From contig CAZNIQ010000001.1 in assembly GCA_964573185.1 (NCBI GenBank), positions 18,799 to 38,818 on the forward strand: 20,020 nucleotides of DNA, written 5' to 3'. Shown here one piece after another: positions 6,543 through 14,073 of the stretch. The translations under genes were made by a program, and so were the position numbers. How positions within the stretch are numbered: the stretch's first letter is position 1; each line of letters starts with the position of its first letter. This DNA comes from Candidatus Woesearchaeota archaeon (GTDB lineage Archaea > Nanobdellota > Nanobdellia > Nanobdellales > CAZNIQ01). The notes under the pieces are model-generated. The model had not been told where the DNA came from. It made no database searches and saw only the letters and a program-made list of their open reading frames with translations.

Positions 6543-8924
6543 GTGGTAGATGTTTCATTTGGAGAAGTCAAAGAAGTTCCTGAAAAGTTAAAGAAGCTTG
6601 TAGAGGTTGCTTTAGCAGAAGCTATAGAGAACTATCAAAGAAGAATGATTGTTCTCTGTGGAGAAAAAGCTGCTTTCTATTCCGGCATTCTATCTGCTCT
6701 TACAGCTAAATCTTTAGAAAAACTTTTACCCCAAGTTAGAATTCTTTATGTTACCGAAAAGTTTGAGGAAGAGTGGAAAGAAAGATTTGAAGATTTTAAA
6801 AGAGGTTTTAGGATCTATGGAAAGGATCTGGATTTTGAAAAAATAATCTATAAAGAAACTGTTGAAGTTATGGGGAGAACTTACGAAATTTTAATTTTAG
6901 ACATGGTAAGATCTTTAACTCCAGATGATATTGGAAGAGTTTTTGGTGTGGTAAGGGGAGGTGGTTTAATTTTCGTAATAGCTCCTCCCTTCGAAAAATG
7001 GCCTGAAATAAAAACTACTTTTCATGAGCATCTCTTAACACCTCCTTATACTTTAAAAGATACAAAAAATAGGTTTTTGAAAAGATTTGTTAGAAAATTA
7101 AAAGAACATTCTGGAATCTACATTTATGATGCTGAAAGAGAAGAAATGATAAAAAGTCCTGAAACTTTGGATAGGGATCTTAACGTTATATTTCCTGAAT
7201 TCGAAAAACCGAGAATTCCTCTAGTAACGAAATTTGATAAAAAGATATATGAATTAGCTGCAACTGAAGATCAAGTAAAGGTATTGCAATTATTAGAAGA
7301 AATTTTAGATAAAAGGAAAGTAGCCTATGTTATCACAGCTGATAGAGGTAGGGGTAAATCTGCAGTTGTTGGTTTAGCATTAGCTGCAATTTCAAAAATA
7401 TATTATGATAAAAAGAGGAAATTAAGGATAGGTGTTACAGCTCCTGAAAAAGAAAATGTATTAACTTTGTTCGAATTTTTAGAAAAAGGACTAAGAAGAT
7501 TAAAGTTAGATTATGAAAAAAGAAAAGATAGAATAGTAATTGAAGGTAAGAAGCCAATAATTATAGAATATAGAAAACCGTTGGAACTTGTTGAAAAGAA
7601 GTATGATATTGTTGCCGTAGATGAAGCAGCAGGGATAAATATAAACATGCTCTACAGAATTTTAGACAGATTTGACAAGCTAATCTTTTCTTCAACAACA
7701 CATGGTTATGAAGGTGCGGGAAGAACATTCTCTGTAAGATTTCTAAAATATCTAAAAGAAGAAACGGACTTTGAGGTTATCGAATATAAAATGAAAAAAC
7801 CTATAAGATATTCTGAAAATGATCCTATTGAGAGATGGCTATTTGATACTTTAGTTTTAGATGCCGAGCCTGCTCAATTAGATAAAAGAGATTTAGAAGC
7901 TGTAGAAAAATTAGATACGAAATTTTACACTCCTGATTTGGATTCCTGGTTTGAAAAAGAAGAAAATAAGTTAAGACAGTTTGTAGGAATTTATATTCTA
8001 GCTCACTATAAGAACAGGCCAAATGACATTGCGATGATTGCAGATGCTCCTCATCATGATGCTAGAGCTTTGGAACTCTCTACTGGTAAAATAGTAACAG
8101 CAATTCAGGTTGCCTATGAAGGTGGAATTCCCGAAAATGTTATTAAACAGATGCTGAAGGGATATAAGCCAAAAGGAAATGTAATTCCTGATATAATTAC
8201 TAAACATTATAGAAGGTTGGATTTTGCAAAACTAAAGGGGATACGTATTGTTCGTATAGCTACGCATCCTGATGTTCAAAATAGGGGTTTAGGTTCTAAA
8301 GCTTTACAAGAATTGGCAGAACAGGCTAAAAAAGAAGGTTATGATTGGATAGGTTCTGGTTTTGGTGCTACAGTAAAATTATTGAACTTTTGGATAAAAA
8401 ACGGGTTTGTTCCGGTGCATATATCCTCAGAGAAAAATCCTGTATCTGGGGAATACTCTGTAATTGTTGTAAAACCATTAAGTCCTAAAGCAGAAAAAAT
8501 AATTAGAGAGGTAAATTACGAATTTAGATGGAAGTTTTTGAACCAAGTTACAGATACTTTCTTTGATATAGAGCCGGAATTAGCTTTGCTATTGTTAAAA
8601 ACTCCTTATAGATTTAAACCACATTTCAAACCCTTGTTAACTAAAGTTCAATTAGATAAATTCAAAGCATACTTCAAGACAAAAATGGTTTACGAAGTAG
8701 CTTCAGATTGCGTAAGATTGGCAACGATGTATTACTTTATGTATACAGACAAAGATAAGCCACAATTGGAAGAAATTGAGGAAAAAATATTATTCTCAAA
8801 GGTATTTTTAGCATGGAGTTTTAAGAAAATAAGGAAATATTTTGGAATAAAGGAAAGCAAAGCTAGAAAAATTATAAAAAGAGCAAGTAAGAAGCTTTAT
8901 GAATGGATTAAAGATAAAGTATAA
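6543..8924 (+). CDS. tmcA: tRNA/RNA cytidine N4-acetyltransferase (TmcA / Nat10-Kre33 homologue)
   Basis: 793 aa. Walker A in the helicase-like domain (TADRGRGKSA). DEAA box. GNAT acetyl-CoA motif RIATHPDVQNRGLGSKAL. The C-terminal tRNA-binding-like tail is present. Architecture matches TmcA/Nat10. Confidence 0.85.
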   Translation: MVDVSFGEVKEVPEKLKKLVEVALAEAIENYQRRMIVLCGEKAAFYSGILSALTAKSLEKLLPQVRILYVTEKFEEEWKERFEDFKRGFRIYGKDLDFEKIIYKETVEVMGRTYEILILDMVRSLTPDDIGRVFGVVRGGGLIFVIAPPFEKWPEIKTTFHEHLLTPPYTLKDTKNRFLKRFVRKLKEHSGIYIYDAEREEMIKSPETLDRDLNVIFPEFEKPRIPLVTKFDKKIYELAATEDQVKVLQLLEEILDKRKVAYVITADRGRGKSAVVGLALAAISKIYYDKKRKLRIGVTAPEKENVLTLFEFLEKGLRRLKLDYEKRKDRIVIEGKKPIIIEYRKPLELVEKKYDIVAVDEAAGININMLYRILDRFDKLIFSSTTHGYEGAGRTFSVRFLKYLKEETDFEVIEYKMKKPIRYSENDPIERWLFDTLVLDAEPAQLDKRDLEAVEKLDTKFYTPDLDSWFEKEENKLRQFVGIYILAHYKNRPNDIAMIADAPHHDARALELSTGKIVTAIQVAYEGGIPENVIKQMLKGYKPKGNVIPDIITKHYRRLDFAKLKGIRIVRIATHPDVQNRGLGSKALQELAEQAKKEGYDWIGSGFGATVKLLNFWIKNGFVPVHISSEKNPVSGEYSVIVVKPLSPKAEKIIREVNYEFRWKFLNQVTDTFFDIEPELALLLLKTPYRFKPHFKPLLTKVQLDKFKAYFKTKMVYEVASDCVRLATMYYFMYTDKDKPQLEEIEEKILFSKVFLAWSFKKIRKYFGIKESKARKIIKRASKKLYEWIKDKV

Positions 8925-9179
8925 TTAACTACAGTATTTATTATATATTTCCTTACATTCTTTTTTATCTTTTATAGCTTCACATCCTTTAGCCAGATAT
9001 AGATTATAGCACTCTATAGAACTTAAAGTTACTTGCATACTCTTGTTAGCAGTTTCTGTAAATCCTTTTGTCGTTTTAAAAGTTTTCCCATAAATGCTAT
9101 AGAAAAATCCAATCAAAGCAATTGTTGCAACCAAAACTAAAATTATTTTTCCCAGAGAACTCAAAGCAAGACCTCTCAT
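8925..9179 (-). CDS. small Cys-rich protein with class III (prepilin-like) signal peptide
   Basis: MRG|LALSSLGKIILVLVATIALIG has a basic residue plus Gly followed by a hydrophobic helix of about 20 aa. There are four Cys in the C-terminal 30 aa. The N-terminal 45 aa are paralogous to ORF 19243..19740. Confidence 0.45.
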   Translation of the reverse strand: MRGLALSSLGKIILVLVATIALIGFFYSIYGKTFKTTKGFTETANKSMQVTLSSIECYNLYLAKGCEAIKDKKECKEIYNKYCS

Positions 9180-9185
9180 TAAAAA

Positions 9186-9207
9186 TTAATAAAACTGTTT
9201 TAATAAA
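9186..9207. promoter_or_regulatory. back-to-back TATA-like boxes: TTAATAAA (9186-9193, +) and TTTATTAA (9200-9207, -)
   Basis: Each ends 20 nt before its start codon (argS ATG 9214; minus-strand ATG 9179). The spacer is 34 nt. Confidence 0.4.
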
Positions 9208-9213
9208 ACCCTT

Positions 9214-11148
9214 ATGCTTATAGAGCACCCAATAGAAAAGCCACCAAAGCACATTGACGCCGATTATGCTATAAGAACTTTTGAGATAGCTAAAAAAGAA
9301 AAAAAGAATCCTTTAGAAATCGCAAAAGAAATATATGAAAAGTTGAAAGATAATCCTTACATAGAGAAAATTGAATTAAAAGGCCCATATGTTAATATAA
9401 AATTAAGATGGAATAAAATTTTAACATATATTTTAAATAATAAAGAAAAATTATTTTCTTTTGATAAGAAAGATAAAAAAATCATAGTTGAACACACTTC
9501 TGTAAATCCGAATAAAGCTTTGCATATAGGACATCTAAGAAACGCTGTTTTGGGTGATACATTAGTGAGATTGCTAAGATTTTATGGTTATAATGTTCAG
9601 GTTTTAAACTATATAGATGATACAGGTTCTCAAGTAGCAGATACCGTTTTAGGTTTTTATTTTTTGGGTTTCCCCGAAGATCCTAAAGAATTTGATTTAG
9701 ATAAATGGTTAGAAAGATTAAAAGAATTCTTAAAGAGATTGAATTATTCTGAAGAGAAAATAAAAGAAATTATAGAAAAAGTTAGAGAATTAGTGAATGA
9801 AAGAATGGAAGGTTTCAAGAAAATCTATGGAGAATATAAAAGTATAAGGTTTGATATTTATGCGGGAGATTTCGTATATGTTATTGTAAATAAACTTTAT
9901 GAGTTAGTCCCAGAATTAAAAGAGTTTCAGAAAAAAATAATAAAGGAAATAGAAGAAGGAAAAGGTAAAATTTATGAATATACTATGAAGTTTACTAGGA
10001 AGATTTTGGAATTGCAGCTAGATACTTTGTGGAAATTTGAAATATATTATGATTTATTAAATAAGGAAAGCGATATTTTGCATTTTGGTTTCTGGGACTA
10101 TGCTTTCAAGGTATTAAAAGAAAGGGGGTTTGTCATATACATTACTGAAGGTGATTTAAAAGGAACTTGGTCTTTAGATTTAGAGAAAATAGGATTAAAG
10201 GAATTGGGAAAATATAAAGTACTAGTTAGATCTGATGGAACTACTGTTTATTTAGCTAAAGATATTGGTTATGCTTTTTGGAAACACGGATTAATAGATA
10301 AGGACTTTAAGTATAGAGAATTTTGCGTACAGCCTAATAATGAGGTTTTATGGGAAACTTCTAAAGATGGTATAAAAAATCCTAAAGATTTTGGAAATGC
10401 TGATATTTCTATTAATGTAATAGGTATGGAGCAAAAATATTTGCAGAAAATCGTTGAAAAACTTATAGAAACGTTTACAAATGGGAAGAAAAAGTACATT
10501 TATTATGGTTATGGTTTAGTTATGTTAAGTTCTGAAACTGCAAAATTATTAGGTTTTGAAGCAGAATCTAAAGTTGTTAAGATGTCCGGTAGAAAGGGAT
10601 TGGTAATTAATGTCGAGATTTTATTAGAAAGATTAAAAGAGAAAATTTTTGAAATACTAAAAGAAAGAGGAAATCCTGATAAAACCTTAGCTTTCAAAAT
10701 AGCTAGATCAACGTTGAGATATGAAATGCTTAAAGTTTCTCCTGATAAAGTAATAGTATTTGATGTTAAAAAAGCTTTAGATTTGGAAGAAGATACAGCT
10801 ATTTATTTAATGTATACTTATGCTAGGGCTATAAATATTTTAAAGAAAATAGAGAAAGTTCCTGAATACAAAGAACCTTTGGAATTAACTAGAGAAGAGA
10901 AAGAATTGGTTAAGTTAATTTACGAATTTAAAATGAGAATTCAAAACACTGCTGAAACATTAAAGTTGACCATTCTTACTGAATATGCTAGAGAGTTAGC
11001 TTTAGCTTTTAATGAATTTTATCAGAAAGTACCAGTAATAAAAGAATTAGAAGAAAAACCATACAGATACTATATAGTTAAGTTATTTGAGGAAGTGTTT
11101 GGAAAAGTTTTAGAAATTTTAGGTATCGATAAAGTAGAAAGAATATGA
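9214..11148 (+). CDS. argS: arginyl-tRNA synthetase
   Basis: The class I HIGH region HTSVNPNKALHIGHLRNAVLGD, the ArgRS-type degenerate KMSKS (KMSGRKG) and the C-terminal DALR anticodon-binding helices are present. Confidence 0.92.
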   Translation: MLIEHPIEKPPKHIDADYAIRTFEIAKKEKKNPLEIAKEIYEKLKDNPYIEKIELKGPYVNIKLRWNKILTYILNNKEKLFSFDKKDKKIIVEHTSVNPNKALHIGHLRNAVLGDTLVRLLRFYGYNVQVLNYIDDTGSQVADTVLGFYFLGFPEDPKEFDLDKWLERLKEFLKRLNYSEEKIKEIIEKVRELVNERMEGFKKIYGEYKSIRFDIYAGDFVYVIVNKLYELVPELKEFQKKIIKEIEEGKGKIYEYTMKFTRKILELQLDTLWKFEIYYDLLNKESDILHFGFWDYAFKVLKERGFVIYITEGDLKGTWSLDLEKIGLKELGKYKVLVRSDGTTVYLAKDIGYAFWKHGLIDKDFKYREFCVQPNNEVLWETSKDGIKNPKDFGNADISINVIGMEQKYLQKIVEKLIETFTNGKKKYIYYGYGLVMLSSETAKLLGFEAESKVVKMSGRKGLVINVEILLERLKEKIFEILKERGNPDKTLAFKIARSTLRYEMLKVSPDKVIVFDVKKALDLEEDTAIYLMYTYARAINILKKIEKVPEYKEPLELTREEKELVKLIYEFKMRIQNTAETLKLTILTEYARELALAFNEFYQKVPVIKELEEKPYRYYIVKLFEEVFGKVLEILGIDKVERI

Positions 11149-11621
11149 CGGAGAAAAAGACTTTCAAAGAAATATACATAAAATTAAGAAAAAAATATGA
11201 TTTACCTAGCTATGAAGAATTGGATAAAGAATTTGAAATATGGGAAATTTCCCCTAAAAATCCCTATCCTTTAAGAGAGGTAAGAAGATACATGGTTGAC
11301 AAATTCTATGAAGTTGTAAAGCTTTTAGAAAAAGTTTTGTATACTCCAGATGCAACTGTAATAGATCTTTATGAAAGTTCTACTTTTACAAAGGAAGATT
11401 TGCAGAGAGTTTTTAATATTCTAAAGAAACTTGCCTTGCTTTTGAGAGAAGCAGATCTTTTAGAATTAGATTATTCTGAGGAAAAAGAAGCAGAATGGAT
11501 AAAAAGAGCTTATGAAGAATGGAAGAAAATAAAAGAGGAGATTAGATGGGTTTTAGAAAAGAAAAGAGATTATTGGACTAAAGATTTAAAGTTTAGACAT
11601 CCAAAAGAATATTTAGGATGA
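11145..11621 (+). CDS. hypothetical helical protein, translationally coupled between argS and adkA
   Basis: 158-aa ORF with ATGA overlaps at both ends. Charged, helical composition. No motif recognised. Confidence 0.6.
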   Translation: MTEKKTFKEIYIKLRKKYDLPSYEELDKEFEIWEISPKNPYPLREVRRYMVDKFYEVVKLLEKVLYTPDATVIDLYESSTFTKEDLQRVFNILKKLALLLREADLLELDYSEEKEAEWIKRAYEEWKKIKEEIRWVLEKKRDYWTKDLKFRHPKEYLG

Positions 11622-12175
11622 TTGTTTATGTTGTTGGCATTCCTGGTGTAGGAAAAACCTCTGTCTTGAAAAAGGCTCAGGAGAAACTAAAGGATTTCAA
11701 GATAATTAATTTTGGAGATCTTGTTTTTGAAAAAGTAAAGGATAGGGTAAAATCAAGAGATGAAATTGTGAAGAAATTAAAAAGAGAAGAGTATTTGAAG
11801 ATACAAATAGAGGTTGCTAGAGAAATCAAAGGTATTGCAAAAAATATTATAGTCGATACTCACTTGACATTATATACTCCTTTTGGTTTTTATCCTGGAG
11901 TTCATAGATACGTTGCAAGGGAAATTCCACCCGATCTAATTATTGTTATCACAGCAGATCCTAAAGAAATTTATTTAAGGAGGATTCGAGATAAGAGCAG
12001 ACAGCGAGATATACTTGATATAGAGGTTTTAAAGCTTTGGCAGGAGCTTGAAATATTCTATGCTACAAACATAATGTATGAATACGATTCTTATTTAAAA
12101 ACAATTGAAAATAGGGAAGGTCTTTTGGATAAAGCTGCTGAAGAACTAGTTAAAACTATTTATGATCTTCTATAA
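11618..12175 (+). CDS. adkA: archaeal-type adenylate kinase
   Basis: P-loop GIPGVGKTS at the N-terminus. VDTHLTLYTPFGFYPGV..., PDLIIVITADPKEIYLRR and ENREGLLDKAAEELV align with the AdkA family pattern. Confidence 0.82.
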   Translation: MIVYVVGIPGVGKTSVLKKAQEKLKDFKIINFGDLVFEKVKDRVKSRDEIVKKLKREEYLKIQIEVAREIKGIAKNIIVDTHLTLYTPFGFYPGVHRYVAREIPPDLIIVITADPKEIYLRRIRDKSRQRDILDIEVLKLWQELEIFYATNIMYEYDSYLKTIENREGLLDKAAEELVKTIYDLL

Positions 12176-12893
12176 TCTTTTATTAAAATATTACCTTAAA
12201 AAAATTAATAGAAGCAAGCTACCAACTCATGTTGCTTTAATTCCTGATGGAAACAGAAGATGGGCTAGAAAGAAGGGTTTGCCTCCATGGGAAGGTCATA
12301 GGAAGGGTGCTGAAAACTTAAATAGGTTGATAGAATTCGCTTTTAAGCTAGGTATAAAATATTTTACAGTGTTTGCATTATCTACTGAAAATTTTAAGAG
12401 AAGAAGTAGGCAGGAGCTAGAATTCTTATTCAAATTATTTAAAGAGTATATCACTAAGCTTTTAGATAAAGCTATCAGAAACAAAATTAAAGTAAAATTT
12501 ATAGGAAAAATAAAGGAGTTACCTAGAGATTTACAAGAAAAAATAAGAGAGGTTGAAAATAAAACCAAAAATTATAATGAGAGAACCTTAACTATTTGTA
12601 TTAATTATGGTGGGAGAGCAGATATTGTTAATGCTGTAAATAAAATAATAAAAGAGGAAAAACATGAAGTTTCAGAAGAAGAATTTAAAAGATATTTATG
12701 GACAAAAAATTTACCCGAGGTAGATTTGTTAATTAGAACTGGAAAGGAGAAAAGAATTTCTAATTTTTTGCTTTGGGATTTGGCTTATGCAGAGTTGTAT
12801 TTCTCTGATAAATATTTTCCGGATTTTAATGAGATAGATTTTTTAAAAGCAATCATATGGTATCAAAAGAGAGAAAGGAGATTCGGAAGATGA
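12162..12893 (+). CDS. uppS: cis-prenyltransferase (undecaprenyl/dehydrodolichyl diphosphate synthase family)
   Basis: HVALIPDGNRRWARKKG, FALSTENFKRR, LIRTGKEKRISNFLLWDLAYAELYF and ...RERRFGR are the conserved UppS motifs. Confidence 0.92.
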   Translation: MIFYNLLLKYYLKKINRSKLPTHVALIPDGNRRWARKKGLPPWEGHRKGAENLNRLIEFAFKLGIKYFTVFALSTENFKRRSRQELEFLFKLFKEYITKLLDKAIRNKIKVKFIGKIKELPRDLQEKIREVENKTKNYNERTLTICINYGGRADIVNAVNKIIKEEKHEVSEEEFKRYLWTKNLPEVDLLIRTGKEKRISNFLLWDLAYAELYFSDKYFPDFNEIDFLKAIIWYQKRERRFGR

Positions 12894-12942
12894 TGATGGG
12901 TGGAGTGACGCAGATTAATGACGAGTGACGCTTCGCTGATAA
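12888..12942 (+). ncRNA. candidate atypical box C/D sRNA
   Basis: AUGAUGA (12890-12896, overlapping the uppS stop), 14 nt, CAGA (12911-12914, degenerate D'), UUA, AUGACGA (12918-12924, C'), 11 nt, CUGA (12936-12939, D). GC-rich island. Spacer lengths and the D' box are non-canonical and no terminal stem is seen. Confidence 0.45.
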
Positions 12943-12944
12943 AC

Positions 12945-12952
12945 TTTTAAAT
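12945..12952 (+). promoter_or_regulatory. TATA-like box TTTTAAAT upstream of tRNA-Leu
   Basis: Same octamer as at 3497, 6515, 15260 and 5730(-). Here it ends 26 nt before tRNA position 1, which predicts a 5' leader of about 6 nt. Confidence 0.4.
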
Positions 12953-12978
12953 CAAAAATTCTCATAATCAATTAAAAA

Positions 12979-13062
12979 GCGGCCGTGCCCGAGCGGCCAA
13001 AGGGGCCGGGCTTAGGACCCGGTGGGGTAGCCCCGTCGCGGGTTCGAATCCCGCCGGCCGCA
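12979..13062 (+). tRNA. tRNA-Leu (anticodon UAG), class II with long variable arm, no encoded CCA, no intron
   Basis: Acceptor stem GCGGCCG/CGGCCGC. Anticodon stem CCGGG/CCCGG with loop CUUAGGA (U33, UAG, G37). Variable arm UGGGGUAGCCCCGUC. T arm GCGGG-UUCGAAU-CCCGC. Discriminator A. Confidence 0.95.
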
Positions 13063-13063
13063 A

Positions 13064-13696
13064 TTAAATTATTTCTATTTCAAGTTTCCATATTCTATCG
13101 TTATAAGGAAGCCGCGTAACAATTAAAAGATCATAAGGATAGTAATTTTTGTTACTTTCATATTTTTCTTTGTAATATAAACTACAAGAGCTGCTCATGG
13201 TATCACAAAAAGAATAAGCAAGTACTCTAAGTTCCTTATCATAAAATTTTATAGAAACATCTTTATTAAATACATATCTAATTAAATCTTTTACATAAAT
13301 ATCTCCATAATCTCTAGATGTCGCTAAAACTAATAATACAGGAGCTCCTAAATCTATTCCTAAACTTCTTAAATTAACATATATTGTGGGCTTATAATCA
13401 GTTTCATTATTAACATCGATTTTTATAAAAATAGGAATAACTTGTAAGTCTGTAGTTTCATTTAGTTTTATATCTTCTATAATATATTTACTTCCAACAT
13501 TATATACTTCAAAGCTGACATTTGTTATATTTTCAAATATCAAATCGGCTTGTTTTACCTCTATACTACTTATTATCTTTTGTTTTGGCGCTATAATATT
13601 AGCAGTTATCTTAAATAATCCTGTTAAAGCTACTACGCTTCCTATTGCCAAAACTAATAAGGAATATAGCAAAATTCTCTTATTTATTGATAGCAT
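13064..13696 (-). CDS. hypothetical N-terminally anchored or secreted protein
   Basis: Start moved to ATG 13696 (MLSINKRILLYSLLVLAIGSVVALTGLF = signal anchor), because a TATA-like box ends 20 nt upstream and this removes the overlap with the divergent gene. Beta-rich, with several N-x-S/T sequons. No motif recognised. Confidence 0.6.
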   Translation of the reverse strand: MLSINKRILLYSLLVLAIGSVVALTGLFKITANIIAPKQKIISSIEVKQADLIFENITNVSFEVYNVGSKYIIEDIKLNETTDLQVIPIFIKIDVNNETDYKPTIYVNLRSLGIDLGAPVLLVLATSRDYGDIYVKDLIRYVFNKDVSIKFYDKELRVLAYSFCDTMSSSCSLYYKEKYESNKNYYPYDLLIVTRLPYNDRIWKLEIEII

Positions 13697-13702
13697 TATC
13701 CT

Positions 13703-13724
13703 TATTAAAATTTTCTTTTTAAAG
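13703..13724. promoter_or_regulatory. back-to-back TATA-like boxes: TATTAAAA (13703-13710, +) and CTTTAAAA (13717-13724, -)
   Basis: Each ends 20 nt before its start codon (ATG 13731 on +, ATG 13696 on -). Confidence 0.4.
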
Positions 13725-13730
13725 CTTTTT

Positions 13731-14063
13731 ATGAAAGATTTACACATTATTTCTTTAACCTTTTTCTTTTTGGGATTATTACTTATTGTATATGCATATT
13801 TGAATCAAAAACCATCGAAATTAAAGGATTTAAAAGAATATATAGGAGAGTTTACTTTAGTTGAAGGAAAAGTATTGAATATTTCAAAAACAAAAACAAA
13901 TAAGACAAAGTTACTAATTACAGACGGAACTTCCAAGGCATACGTTATTTTACCATACAATGTTTCGTGTAAAGAGATTATGGTAAAAGGAAAAGTTTCA
14001 GAATATTACGGTAAATACTATATTTTCGTATTTAAGAAAAAAGATATTTTATATTGTAAGTAA
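13731..14063 (+). CDS. membrane-anchored OB-fold protein
   Basis: One N-terminal TM helix (IISLTFFFLGLLLIVYAYL). It is followed by an OB-fold-like pattern: VEGKVLNISK...KLLITDGTSKAYVILP...IMVKGKVSEYYGKYYIFV. Confidence 0.55.
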   Translation: MKDLHIISLTFFFLGLLLIVYAYLNQKPSKLKDLKEYIGEFTLVEGKVLNISKTKTNKTKLLITDGTSKAYVILPYNVSCKEIMVKGKVSEYYGKYYIFVFKKKDILYCK

Positions 14064-14073
14064 TTAACTAAGA

